A DNA stretch of 64,000 nt from the NCBI GenBank assembly GCA_964658305.1, contig OZ210885.1, forward strand, positions 11,284,001-11,348,000, given 5' to 3'. Within the stretch, counting starts at the first letter, position 1. Each line of letters begins with the position of its first letter. The DNA comes from Leptogorgia sarmentosa (taxonomy: Eukaryota). Below are positions 22,801 through 35,000 of this stretch, in pieces. The position numbers and the translations under genes are program-made. The notes under the pieces were generated by a model, which did no database searches, was not told where the DNA came from, and saw nothing but the letters and a program-made list of their open reading frames with translations.

Positions 22801-25800
22801 CGACACTGGCCACAAAATGAAACATGTTGTTATGAATTTTAATACATTTATTGTCACAAAGCATCCCAGAGATGGACGAGAAATATGAACTGCACAGTCC
22901 GCAGTTCTTGCCCACAGAAAGTAGTCATTCAATATAGAACAAAAAGCTTGTGCTACGAAGCTTGGATGGATGGAAATTGCGGAAAACATAAGTGTACACT
23001 AGAACACAACGCATAGTACAATTACGCTCTCTCTGTTCCATCAGTTCTCATAATTTGTATATTTGAACTATGAAATCGAGTCACATGACAATAAAAATAA
23101 ACGAATTCGGTATTTTGACATAAATGGAAACTTAAATATCTGACAAAGGAGAAACTGGACGTTCGAATCCAGAATTGGAACCAAAATTTTTAACGAATTG
23201 ACAGATCCTGTTACTCAGAAAGTTAATATTGCTGCATAACATGTTTTGCATAAATACAGTTTCACTAGTTTCTAGTCATCAAAACCATACTTTGTTTCTC
23301 TGCATAGTCTGAATGCTCCGTCCAGATCTTTTTATGAAGAGATTCGATTTCATCCGTGTTCCGTTCAATTTTCTCCGCCTGACGTTTAAGCTCCTTTGAA
23401 TTATGTTGAAGTTTTTCTGAGTTATCAGCTGCACATCTTGCAACCTCTTCAATTTTGCAAAACAGTCTTGACTTTAAATTGTCAAGTTCTTCCACCACTT
23501 CATCCATCTGGGAAGAGAAAAGTGACATGTCACATATATAAGTGATATATCTTTACAACAAGTATACAGAGATTTCGGTAAGTAAGTAAGCATTAGTATG
23601 TAAGCATGCATTTTTAAGTGCCGTACGGTATGTGAACAAGAGTATATGAATATGCCCCCTCCCAATTATCGCTATTGCTACGCCACTGGCATTTTTAGAG
23701 TTTTTTTCCTCTGTTGTCAACTACCCTTTTTTTCTGCTTCAAGATCTGTCAAAAACTATGAGCATATACCTCACAGTGAGGACGACATATTGAATGCTTG
23801 GTTGCTAAAGAAGTAAAGTCGAATACCAGGTAGAATTAGGTATTGTAATTTAAATGCTGCGAGCAGAACTGGAATCCCAATTGGCTGCATCTTTCGCAGT
23901 CGTCTCTTGGTTAGTTGAGTGGTAGTCATGTCATCAATCGCACTAAACTGTCGACGCGCTTACGGTTTTCAGGCGTAATCGATCAAAAGTAAACAGCTGC
24001 GTGGTTTCTATGCGTATTCGGTCAAAACTAAAACGCTTTCTGGGCGTTATTGATAAGAACTAAAGGGCAGTGGAGCTTTCTAGACGAAATTCTGTCAACT
24101 GCGGAGGTATAGGTAAAACAAAACGACTGCTTGGATATGCATTGATGGAGGTCGATATTGGGCTTTCTAGTGTCGTGAATTTAAAATTGTTTACCAATGG
24201 TGTGTACGTAGCCATACTCCATTCCCTTCGGAAAATGCGCCAGTACAGTTGACGGAAACCGCAACTTCTCCTCGAGGACAAACGCTTGGCAAGCGTCTTC
24301 TTTCACATTTAAAGTACAATTCCAGCTATTTAGAATTTTGTATATTTTAGCTGCTAAGTACATTTCAAGACGAAATACAATATATTTTTAAGAGTAAGCA
24401 TTCGATTCGTGGTCTCCTGCGGTGTTTAATGGTGCCTGAGTTAAGGATCACTTAAAAACACTTAAAGCTATTTTGAGCGTGTTATCACTAAACATCCAGG
24501 TGATCTCGATACACGGAAAAGGACTGAGACTAGCTGTCGGATAGAAATCCATTTTTCGATTGAAACAACTGAATATCTCCCATAAAATATTTTATTCCGA
24601 TTCCATATTTTTGTCAGAGCTATAGTTGTCATAACCAAACATAATTACAAAATTTCAACTAGTTTCATAAAGAATAACGAAAGATATCATTGCGTGAAAT
24701 ATAGCAAAGTGGATTTCTATTCGGACAACCCTTTCTGGGCGCTGATTGGTTGAAACACGAACACGAGATCACCTGGATTGTTATACGTAATTAGGTGCGT
24801 TTTAAATCGGCTGAAAAACAATCCACCTCTTTATCACGCAATAACGAGCACCGTGCATACAATCAATTACAACTCCTAAACACCTCCGGCAAAAAAACAA
24901 CCTTTACGAGAGAACCTGTGGGAATAGCTTCATGATTTTTGATGCCGGAGGGATACAAGTTCCCGAAAAGGGGCCAACTTTCCTGTAACACCCGCGGGAA
25001 AAGCAAAATATCGTCTGCTTGTTGAACGGGTCCATATAATACTAATTTAGCGATTGTTCGGGGGAATATTAGATTTTTCTCAAACCTTTTTGTCTGCTTC
25101 AAACTGCCAGGTTTCACCACTTCGGCGAAGTTCGTCAAGTAATTTTAAGTAACGACCATCAACAAAAACGTCCGAGACTAAGAACGAAAAAGTATATTAT
25201 TAAATCAAGCAAATAATACAATAGCACAGGTAACGTATTTGCAGTTATAAGGAATTCCCAGAGTTAGTACTGTTTGGTATGAGAAATTTCCGGTATGGGT
25301 ATTCGGGGAAATTATACTGATATTATCGGTAAACCAATTTCTAACGAGTGACATCAGCTAAGGGCTTAAAAACCTTTAAGTCTAACGCTGTAATCGCATG
25401 ATGAGAATATTTACCAATTCCAAGCATGTAAAATGTTGTGTTCAAGCATAGCCTTAAAAACCGGACTTAATTACAACAACCATTTAACTGATAAATTTCA
25501 GCCTATAACTACACTCGCACATAGTAGCAACAATACAGAACTATCACAGTTTATTGAAGAATTTCGGTATATATAAAACTTCGATATATGGGTATAACGA
25601 AAAAACCTATACAGATATACCGATATATTAGTTTTCATACCGATATTTCGGGATATCGGTATACCGAACAGTCCTTCCCAGTACAACATTCCCTCGAACA
25701 AGACATTCAAGGTGTCGTATTTAAGCACTTTTGACGACAGAAAAAAGTTGTTCAGTAAGCTTTCTAGTTTCCTTCATGCAGTTCAAATTTCATATTACAT

Positions 25801-28800
25801 TTTGTTTTTAATAAATCAAAGCACGCACAGTAAATTTTGGGGGGTAAAAATTACTCTGAAGCTGGGTAAATTTTACCCTTTCTACTGTAGTAAATTAATT
25901 TAGGGTAAAAATTACTCTAATACTTAGGGTAAAATTCAACTGTCATCGTGATCTCACCCCCTTCAAAGGTGTAGTTGTGAAATCATCACTAACTACCCCT
26001 GCTAGGGTAAACGATGGGGTAAAATTTACCCCAATTTACAGGGTGAAGGTACCTAGGTAGAGTTACCCCATACGGGTTGGGTAACATGAAAACTTTCAAA
26101 ATGGCGGATTTCAAGGAGTTACACTACGAGTGATCTTTTATATTATAAACATGAAAGTCAAATCAACATGGAAAGACAAAATTAAATACCAATTTTGCTA
26201 AGGCTTGATGTATTATTGAATCTGAGAAAAGGTAGGTTAACAATTCTACATTAAATAGACAAAATATTACAGGTGTATTACGGAGAATGGCAGTTATATA
26301 AACTAATAATTAAATTTACACAAACAAGTAAAGTTTCCAGCTTTGTACTGTGAAACGACCACTTTGGCATTAATTATTGTAGAATACAATTACACTAACA
26401 ATATCCTTGTACAAAAAACAAATAGTGAAACAAAATCTTAATTGATACAGCCTTATTTATATAATCACAATAAGCCTTAAAAACCAATATATAACTATTT
26501 CGGAATGTTCATGCTCCAATTTTCTGTACTAGATTGATTTATATTTCATGGTGGGAAAAAGAAGGCTTTAGGTTGTTGAATTGCACAATTTTGTATAAAA
26601 TTTGACAAAACACAAGGACATGAGTGCCGTGGTATGATTAGAAGTTATTATCCAGAATCAAATTTTGTGTAACTAGGTAACATGCAAATTTAAGTGATTA
26701 TAAGTTCTTTAATTTTGCAACACATATTACATCTTGAACTTATCCTTATAATTGTTGTAGAATGTTAAGAAGAAGAATGAAGAATGTTAATGTATTTTTG
26801 AACATTGTATTTATGTAACCAAAAACTACCAGAACTTTACATATGACTTAGCCATGGAGGCAGAGTCTCCTATCAACCTGCACTCAACTAATTATGTGTA
26901 ATTATAATAATCACTTGAAAAACGTTAGATGTACACAATGAGGACTGCTAGACAGTAATCATGCACTGACATTCACCTTTGTCTGCTGGTAATATGCTGT
27001 TCATTCAAGTGGTAATGAAAGCAGGAATGCCACCAGAAAATTTTAACCAAAAGTTCCAATATTGCAAGAACTTTATATACATCTCTCAGGAACTACTGGT
27101 ATTAACTGCTAATCCTCCTAATATACTGCAAACACAACACCTCCCTGAAGTGTGGGAGACTTTAAAGGCTGAGTGGATCCCTCTCCCCTAAAGAAGAATT
27201 CTGAAAGTATGTGAATGATAATAGCTGGGTGTGAATGATAACACTGTACCATTATTATTTTAGACAATAAAAGCAAAAGTTCTAGAACACTAGCACACTA
27301 GTAGAACTTTGGTTGCCTATTGTTGTCATCTACTGAATACACTTGTTACACATTTAGGATTACCAACATAGCTATCATCACATTTAGGTCCGTTTTAGGG
27401 GTTTTAGTGCATTTCAGCAAATTCCGGATTCCGGCAAATTCCGAATTCCGTAATTCGGTTTTTTCAAACCTACCTATCCAAAGGCTATAAAGGTTGCAGG
27501 ATTTAAATTAATAATTTCATCTTTATAATGTTTGTAATAATTTTCTATGCACATGTATAGATACGTCATGAATTTAGCCGAATTTTCGAAGACAATGACT
27601 CAACTAAAGATATGAAAGATAAGTTGTCATCTTACCAACGTGCAATAGTAAAATACAGCGAAAATCTTCAACGAAAGAACTCCTTTTTGAAAAATGCCTT
27701 ACAAGACCTTCAAGAGGCAATTGCCCAGGACCCAGGAAAGACTCAAGGTATAGACTTAGCTAAGTTAATATATATATATATATATATATATATAGCTACT
27801 TTAGTTTATATTAAACAATTATTCAATGAGATCGAGTAAGATAAATTATATGGGGAATTATTAAGGCAGAGGTTTGTGTTATTTGCCGAAGCCGAAGGCT
27901 GAGGCAAATACAAACCGAAGCCTTAATAATTCAGCATATCCTACGAGAACCGAATTCAATAATTGTTTTATTATTTATTTGTATCTTAATCAGACTTAGG
28001 GTAAACGCATCGTACATATGAACATTTCTTTGAGAAAGCCATTTGTATTTTTGAGCTTTTGGCATAAGCAACATAAATTAGTCGACGTCATAATGTCATA
28101 TAATTTTCAATATACGACATAACTACGTCATAATGTCGTACATGAGGATTTAATGCACTGCTCTTAACCAATCAAAACTCTTGAATTATTTGAAATAAAT
28201 AATAAATCTGATTATGATTAGCAAATTGCTGAAGTATAAACGCAACGGATTCGAGAAATTGCATTCATTTCAAATAACAGAAACGTTATACTGAATAAAG
28301 CAACAAAGCCTGTTGTTTTTATACCACTGTTATCCCCGATATATATAACAGTATGTTCATAAGACTGAATTATTTTTTCTTTTACAGCATATGAAAATAC
28401 GTTTGCGTTGATGGTGCTTCCTAAATTACTAGAGAAAAAAGCTGGAAAACAAGATAATGAATTGATCAAATTATTATCGGTCAGTATAATACCCTTTACC
28501 TTCGATATAGACGGCCTGTTCACACCGCGGTACTGTTTATTTTTGTACGCCACCAACCTCACAATCTATAGCTATACCATTTTAATCAACACTTGCATGC
28601 GTAATACTGGTAGCCTATACCTATTTACGTACTAAGATAATGAACACATATAGGTTCGTAAAATTAACGTATATTATTGTATTCCCTGTACTATTTATAG
28701 GAAGATGATGATTTTGAGGACGAAATAAGGAAGACAAAATCCCCTACCATCATAGGTATAGCAGAAAATGTAATGAAAGTTGATCGTTTGGCCCTTGCCA

Positions 28801-30776
28801 TTGAAGGGCAAACACTTTTGAACGGAACAGGTTTTCCGTTCGAAAGCGTTTTTTTCGCATTACATCAATGCTTCTACGTATTCAACTTGGAATACCCTAG
28901 GGAGTACAAAAATCTTTTCGGTTTCCTCGACAACGTGCTTCTCGGGTTGAGTACCTCAGGTCGAGTTGGGTGCTCATCCATAGCCAATTGTATAACATTA
29001 CAAAAATTTGTGCAAAAGCTGAATGATTTAACAAATATAGATTAAGTTAAGCTTTATACACACCGTTCCGTCGATGAAAGTACGTTTTAAACTTGTAACT
29101 TACAGCAGGCACGTTAACCTGCATGCATGCTATTGAAATAAGTTATTGCATGTAACTATGTGTATATATCATGTAAATGAAAATAATTGTGTGTAAATAC
29201 CTAAATTTATATATTTTTTATCTATATTTTGTTAATGTATTTATAGAAGTAAATACCTAATTTATATATTTTTATCTATATTTTGGTAATGTATTTATAA
29301 ATAAACTACGCGTTAGCATTTATCTTATTCGTTTTGTTATTGGAAAAAAATCCAATCAAGTAATTTCACCCCTAAATGTGGTGAAAAATGTTTCACCCCA
29401 AATTGGGGTAGCTTGTGAATAAACCTCTGTATATGGGGTAATTTTTACCCCACTTGCGAATTGCCCACCAGGGGTAATTTTTACCCCCATAAGATTTTCC
29501 CTCAAAAAACGGGGCGTTCTGTGGACATTCAGTTGCCCTCGTTTTTCGGGGTAATTTTTACCCCTAAAAATTTACTGTGCGGCTCTAGGAATATGAATTG
29601 ATACAGCACTATACCATGCATGGACTGTGTATACTGATAATACTACAGTCATATTGAAACAGTTGTTATGTAAGTCCATGTACATGTAGGCAGTAATGTA
29701 TTCGCATTTAATCACGAATTTTTGTCAAAAAATTCCCCTTGAGCAAGATATCGATTGATAGTGGATAGATAACAGAAGCCTATCTTAGGCCCGTTTTAGA
29801 CGTCGAATTTCCGTCGCGTCGAATGCAATTCAAACAATAGTTAATGAGCTGTGTTTTCTCATTATCTATTGTTTGAATTGCATTCGATGCGACGGAAATT
29901 CGACGTCTAAAACGGGCCTTAGGGCCAGAAAAATATTATACATGAATGCAATATATCTTTCGATGGATTATAATTATAGAATTATAACACAAGGATTTTT
30001 TATGGACAAACTGCAATGGTTTTTTATCAGCCTCACGCTACAGCCGCGTTTAACACAAATTATCGGACTTCAAAAACAAGTTATTGAAATTTGGTGTAGT
30101 ACGTGATATCTACTCCAAAATTCTGAAGCTCCCCGCCAAAACGTCAAACCAAAATTCATAAGCAATTTAAACAGATACCTTTTTTCTTCCATTCCAGTAG
30201 ATCATCACACGCCTGTTTTTCAAGATCAGGTGATAACTTAATGTTTTTCATCAAGAATTCCATGTCTTGAATTGCATCATTGAACATGGCATTGGTCCAA
30301 TTGGAAAAATTACAATGAGCCCACTCATTTCTCACTTTTGACCTTACATTCTTTGCGTACACTGAGGCACCAGATGTTATGAATGGATCTGCTTCACACA
30401 TGATAGTCAGTAAAGCAGAAAGATCCATTGTATCGTCAAAACCTGTAAACTTTGCCATGAAGGGTTGAACGAACAACTTTGCCAAAGACAGAGCATCTTT
30501 CACCGCGTAGTCATATGCACGGGGAGATTTGTGTACATTATTACCGTTGATGTTTTTATATTGTAAGTAAAAGGTTGATGGCGGAAATGTTCTCTTATAC
30601 TTTCCAGAAGTTTGTTTATCAATTTCAACAGGTGGTTTACATAAGTCTTGATACCAGCTCCGCAATTCTGCATCGACAACTTTCCTCAAAGTGGTAGTTA
30701 CAACTTTGGTAAGGCAAATACCCGTTACAACCCATCTGGATTCTTCATCTGTTGTGTAACTGGCACCGCTTGCCAT
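7700..30776 (-). CDS. HEPN-like / coiled coil / NB-ARC (APAF-1-type STAND) / helical domain / WD40 protein, whole gene model
   Basis: Exons 30776-30179, 23804-23770, 23507-23291, 22240-21903, 20843-20207, 19936-19514, 17009-16764, 8221-8003 and candidate last exon 7860-7700. All junctions are GT-AG with matching phases and no internal stop; 957 aa if the last exon is real. Confidence 0.85.
8003..8221 (-). CDS. WD40 exon
   Basis: (G)REVQQLLGHSDDVRCLAVSQSGTILASGSWDRSTILWRM...AVNALGFSADDQRVFIGTDD; 219 nt, phase 1-1, donor gtaagc. Confidence 0.9.
9720..10125. repeat. 76-bp tandem array, about 5 copies (left subterminal)
   Basis: atcaaagataa recurs at 9795, 9871, 9947 and 10023; core ggtggctgaatttcagacacc. 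Confidence 0.95.
11965..12440. repeat. 76-bp tandem array, about 6 copies (right subterminal)
   Basis: gggtgtctgaaattcagccacc recurs at 12042, 12118 and 12194; the core is the inverse of the left-array core. Confidence 0.95.
13081..13888 (+). mobile_element. Helentron-associated interspersed element (HINE/DINE-1-like)
   Basis: T-run, subterminal IR GTATCTGCGC (13087), short hairpin, (GTCT/GTGT)n tract, 3' IR GCGCAGATAC (13851), hairpin GTACAC-ttt-GTGTAC, T-run. Confidence 0.75.
14863..15018 (+). pseudogene. Possible N-terminus of the Kolobok second (KolX-like) gene
   Basis: MSSNESGGDPQSCESSSETD...FAYDAEPI*. Serine/acidic start ending in a YxxEP-like motif, convergent with the THAP ORF. Confidence 0.35.
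15434..16198 (-). pseudogene. THAP-domain transposase N-terminus, disrupted
   Basis: CVAGGPNLVSC...SMHLFP...RRNKWVKFVRKHR, then a stop/frameshift removing the CxxHF segment, then RLKEDAVPTI. Intron at about 15812-15695; no DDE domain remains. Confidence 0.8.
16764..17009 (-). CDS. STAND gene exon: linker and first WD40 blade
   Basis: (G)RLLSYQEYPWIQK...LLPESSCLDLGGS...AICGLYNGSISVLDQET; 246 nt, phase 1-1. Confidence 0.85.
19047..19113 (-). mobile_element. tRNA-derived SINE-like head (degenerate)
   Basis: Minus strand carries A-box-like gctcaggcgg and B-box-like ggttcgacgc, but no full cloverleaf. Confidence 0.35.
19514..19936 (-). CDS. STAND gene exon: MHD-like motif and APAF-1-like helical domain
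   Basis: (G)PQLQEKTSYRVHDLLLDF...YYFKFLPYHI...LFFDLNWLQQKV...VVSDF; 423 nt, phase 1-1. Confidence 0.9.
20207..20843 (-). CDS. STAND gene exon: NB-ARC Walker B to winged helix
   Basis: CLVVLDDVW (Walker B), LLITTRD (RNBS-B/sensor I), CKGLPLAL (GLPL), FPED; 637 nt, phase 0-1. Confidence 0.95.
21903..22240 (-). CDS. STAND gene exon: NB-ARC P-loop
   Basis: VVGIRGMGGLGKTILA (Walker A), VIWLDVG; 338 nt, phase 1-0. Confidence 0.95.
23291..23507 (-). CDS. STAND gene exon: coiled-coil linker
   Basis: MDEVVEELDNLKSRL...KELKRQAEKIERNTDEIESLHKK; acceptor cttttctcttcccag, donor gtatgg; phase 0-1. Confidence 0.8.
23770..23804 (-). CDS. 35-nt micro-exon of the STAND gene
   Basis: ttctttag|caaccaag...tgtgag|gtatat converts phase 1 to phase 0 as required; encodes (A)TKHSICRPHCE. 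Confidence 0.6.
24494..24778. mobile_element. MITE with 15-bp TIR
   Basis: atccaggtgatctcg at the left end, cgagatcacctggat at the right end. Confidence 0.55.
25826..29579. mobile_element. Non-autonomous EnSpm/CACTA-like element in coding intron 1 of the STAND gene
   Basis: TIR cacagtaaatttt...ggggtaaaaattac and its inverse ending ctgtg; 2-bp TSD CG; repeated ggggtaa/ttacccc subterminal motifs. Confidence 0.85.
27561..29045 (+). pseudogene. Three in-phase exons (27561-27747, 28388-28479, 28701-29045) of an EnSpm accessory (SAMD3-C-like) gene, 5' part missing
   Basis: GT-AG junctions, open spliced frame, C-terminal CFYVFNLEYP..LFGFLD..LLGL motif typical of these transposon accessory proteins (recall). 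Confidence 0.65.
29788..29918. mobile_element. Palindromic PIF/Harbinger (Tourist-like) MITE, 131 bp
   Basis: Nearly whole-length hairpin ggcccgttttagacgtcg...cgacgtctaaaacgggcc; TTA on both sides. Confidence 0.85.
30179..30776 (-). CDS. First coding exon of the STAND gene: HEPN-like domain (DZIP3/hRUL138-like)
   Basis: Helical domain with DLSALLTIM and the Rx4H motif RNEWAH; acceptor ttgtag before 30787; donor AAAG|gtatct, phase 1. Confidence 0.8.
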
Positions 30777-30920
30777 TATTCAGGGATCTACAAATAAAAT
30801 ATACGTGAATTAAATATACGCAATTTAAAAAGACTTTCAGCTGCAATCAATGAACTTCATAACATTTTTATGCACAGCATATTTTAAATATGCAGTTAAC
30901 ATCAAAATACGTGGCACTAA

Positions 30921-32061
30921 AGGCCCGTTTACACTACACAAGAATTGGCGCGGCGCGGCTAAAATTTGCCGGGTTTTATTGACACGGCACCGTGAAATTT
31001 CTATGTGTTAACAAGTCGTCAACATTTTAGTTTTTGGCACTCGTGCCGTTTTTCTACCCGTGCCGAGACCCAGAACATACGCATGCGCGGTACGTTTTCA
31101 AAATCGCGGAAAAGATAGGTGAGGCAAAATTGAAAAATAATAGAGGCATTACATGGCCAGAGACAGTAGCTCTGTTAAAGCTAAAGTTAAATCAATATAT
31201 TGCCCATTAATTCCTAAAAAAAGGTTTAATGTATGTTTAAATCGTTGGGCAAGGCTTGAGTCACATGCTCTGCATGAGTATTTGTTTAGGATTAACTGTC
31301 GTTCTTCTCCTCTATGTCACTGCGGCACAGACATTGAAAGTATAGAGCATTATTTCTTACACTGTCCCCGATTCGCTGTTCAACGTGCCTCTTTATTTAC
31401 CTCTGCTGAGCGGATATGTGGTCATATGTGGTTGGCGAGTACTAATCAAAATAAGGTATTCTATTCTTTAAACAATTTTGATAATGTTAACTATGAAATT
31501 AACGTTTTCGAGGAGTCCAAATTTAGTTTCTACAAACCGTTTCTCTCCTGTATTCGTGTAGTATAGATTCTGTGTTTTTGTCCTGTCTTATGTCTTGTAT
31601 TACGTATATCATTGTCTCATTGATTGCTTGTCTCAAGTATTCTGTTTCCAATTAACTCTCTCTATTTTGTAATTTTAGTGTGTGTTTTTTTATTCTAACA
31701 TTATGTGTGCATGAGCCCTCTACTTAAGCCGTATGTGCTTTTGGGGCGAATGTTTTAAATTTAATAAAATTTGCTTATACGAAAGACACAAGAGCAATTA
31801 CGGAATGGTAATGGATAATCCAGGGAAAACCAAAATAACACTTCGATGAACGCATGTATGATTTTCCATTATAGATGAAATTGTGTGAGAAAAGATTTAC
31901 GGACTACACCATAGACAACGTGATTAACAAAATGAAAAATCGCCGTAAAAATGGTAAAAATGCAAATGTAAGTGGCTATTGCCGTGCCAATAAAGAACGC
32001 CACAGTTCCACATTTTAGTCGTGGCGCGCCAAATTGAATTCTTGTGTAGTGTAAATAGTCT
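30921..32061. mobile_element. Non-autonomous Harbinger-like element
   Basis: TIR aggcccgtttacactacacaagaatt and aattcttgtgtagtgtaaatagtct; TAA/TTA flanks. Confidence 0.65.
31153..31780 (+). mobile_element. 3' fragment of a LINE (CR1/L2-like ORF2 C-terminus) nested in the Harbinger-like element
   Basis: LFRINCRSSPLCHCG..ESIEHYFLHCPRF, a CCHC-type C-terminal motif, followed by an AT-rich 3' UTR with aataaa. Confidence 0.75.
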
Positions 32062-35000
32062 TTAAAGGTCAGTTCTAATATTTTTATGAAAATTGGGACC
32101 CCTCGAATATGTTGGCAATTTTGTAAAACACCTTTCGCCCCAGCACATCTTTACAACATTTGATTGAAGAATGTGCTCCACCAATGGGAAGAGTCCAGAA
32201 CAGTGCTCTCACTTTTAAGGAATTATCCTTAAAAATAGGAATTTTGAACGGTTTTAAGGATTTTTTTAAGGAATTAAGGTTTTTGAGGAATTTTTTAGGG
32301 AATTTCAAAAACATTTTGTCGTGGACTGAAACATTGGACGGAGGATAACCAAGCTCAGCAAATGAGATTTAAACTTAAAGTAGCAACATAGGCACATAAT
32401 CATATATATTGGTTCTGTATGTACATATGATACATATTAGTTCGCAAGCTGTGGTTGTTCTACATGTAAGACCTCTAGACTCTATTCTGAGTGTTAAGGC
32501 TTAGGTTAACACTCTGAAATGGCGTTTCCGGCGATCTAGAAGCTCTAAATTCTCAAAATTTTCTCGCTCGACGCCAACCATGGTGGCGTCTTGTGAGACT
32601 CAGCCCCCTAAATTTTCAAACCGTTCTTACGGCCCTGCGTCTGATTCTGAGTCAGACATTTATAATGCATGTTGATGTATTCTTTATGGATGTATGTTAA
32701 CAATCAAGTGATTTAAAATCAAGTTGAAAAACAGCAAAAAAGAAGAAAATTACACTTTTGCAACTATGTGACCAGGCTTGTAGTAATTTTACCAATTTAA
32801 GGAATTTTATGGAAATCTGAGGAATTTTCGAGTTTTTCCTAAGGAATTCGAAAATTTGATTGTGAGAGCACTGGTCCAGAACACATTCTTTCAACAACGC
32901 TGCGCACAGTTGTTAATAGTGAAAACATCCTAATATCTCACTGATTTCTGTAGTTCCAGAAACGTTGTTAAGGTCTAATTGTTGATCTATCAACAGTAAA
33001 CAATGTTGGATATGAACCGTAAGCAATACGTATATGTACATGTACATGTAACTTGCATGGGTTTAGCGTGGTGTATTTTCGTAATGATATCTACGCTGCA
33101 CTTTCAGATACAAAACATGAATAAATCTTGCATACAGGGTGTATAAAACAAGTACGATCCTACAATCGCACTACCGCGATCAGGTATTGTAACGTTCAAT
33201 GGCGTAAGCGTAAGAGCGCACTTTTTTTCGGGGGGGGGGGGGAGTTTGGAACGTTTCTACTAGAGTGAAGCAAAGCATCATTGGGCGAGCCTTGAAGCCA
33301 TTGAATAGCAGTGAGGTTTCCGAGATTATAGCGCGGCAAACATTGTCATAAACATAAGGCCTACATGTGACAGTACGCATAGTCAAACTGGAATTTTATC
33401 AAAACTTTTTTCAACCATTAGTACGTTATCAGCGTTAACAAAAAGAATTAAAGCTGAAAAATAGTAGAAAGCTTCTGACATGGGAAAATTTTGCTATACG
33501 TTTTGTTAATTAACAACCATCTCAAATACGTGAGAAACTTCCTATTTAATCCCGATTGTAGCAATTCAAGTCTACTGTCATTTCGTTGTTAGCTTTACAC
33601 ATAGTGGAAGTTCCCTTAGCTAATATGCACAAGTGAATGAAAGCTAGCGTACGAATAATCTCATTAACTGAGCGATAAACTCCCCTCTAGTCACATAAGC
33701 TCTGTTGTTGATTGGTGGAGACGACAAAATATGAATTTTCGTCAGTCAGACGTATGTGATAATGACATGCTGTTCGAAAACAAACATACTTGTGCAACGA
33801 TATGCGTAAAACAGGCTTGCTGATTGCATGGTTGAGAACAGCATATTAGAATTTTATTCCATTGATTATAAGTAATATATCATTCTATTGTCTATCGTAG
33901 AGACTGTACTGTATATGCCGTACACACATGAGTATATAATTAATGTCAAATCGTCATCTGAAGAGTAGCTTTATAATAATTCATACAATCCATACAGATC
34001 TACAGTACAAGTCAAGGATCAGAATTAGCCTGCGGTACATGCACGAGAGCTATGAGCTGAGCAAAAAGTTACTAGTGCCTGTTAGCTCAGCCGATAGTCG
34101 AAATATAGAATTGTCAAACAATATACAGGACGGGAAAAGTTGCATGGTACAATCGTAGAAACTATTGAGCATACGATGCAGATCGAACATCCAAAATTTT
34201 ATTCGCGGTATAGCAACGTCTGTTTTCTAGCTTGTCCATTCCTTCGCTTTCTTCTTTCATTGTGAAAGTGCACATATTGACTGTGCACAGCAAATTCCTG
34301 TCGACTAAGTAAGATTCATGCCACACAGCACGCGAAGTCAAACTACTGTACGCAAGATTATTGAAATTAAAAGCCTTTAAAGCATTAAATATGCGAATAT
34401 AAGCCAACCGAAAGTTCTATGAGTAGTCACTAAAGTTACGAGACATGCTGACACTGCAATAAACAAAATGTAAAAAGTCGATCAAGACATGCGCACAAAG
34501 AGCCTGCACTCGTGACAAAAACAACTGAAGGAACAAACTGCATAGTATACGTATGTATGTTACGTACGTAAGACAACGTCGAAAAAGTTTTTCACGGCAG
34601 GAACGACGCCAGAGAGGGGACTGGGGGGGGGGGGAACGAGTCCCCCCAGTTATTTCATTTTCGTTCTAAATCTGAAGTTAAAGCCCCCAAATCACCCTGG
34701 AAATATCACGTCCTCGATGCTCGTTCAACAACCGGGCGATGCCCCTGTTTCACAGTATGACCACGAAAAGAAGAGGCGACCCCCAATAAATTTACCCAAC
34801 TGTTTGGCGAACTACATCAACCCTCTAATTTTCCCTTTTGTCATGAAGAGAAAAAAAGGGCGGGGCTTATTGCCGCTGTCGTTGCATGCTAACAGAAATG
34901 AGACAGAGGGCTGGAATTGCATGTGAAAAATGCTATGACTACCAGAATTAAAATATCTGGCCACAGGTTTGTTTACATCGTTGGCACTAACTGCATGACA

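Noticed and set aside
24060..25138. Minus-strand ORFs in the first coding intron as extra exons of the STAND gene
   Set aside because: No convincing splice pair or recognisable domain; the 35-nt micro-exon already restores the frame.
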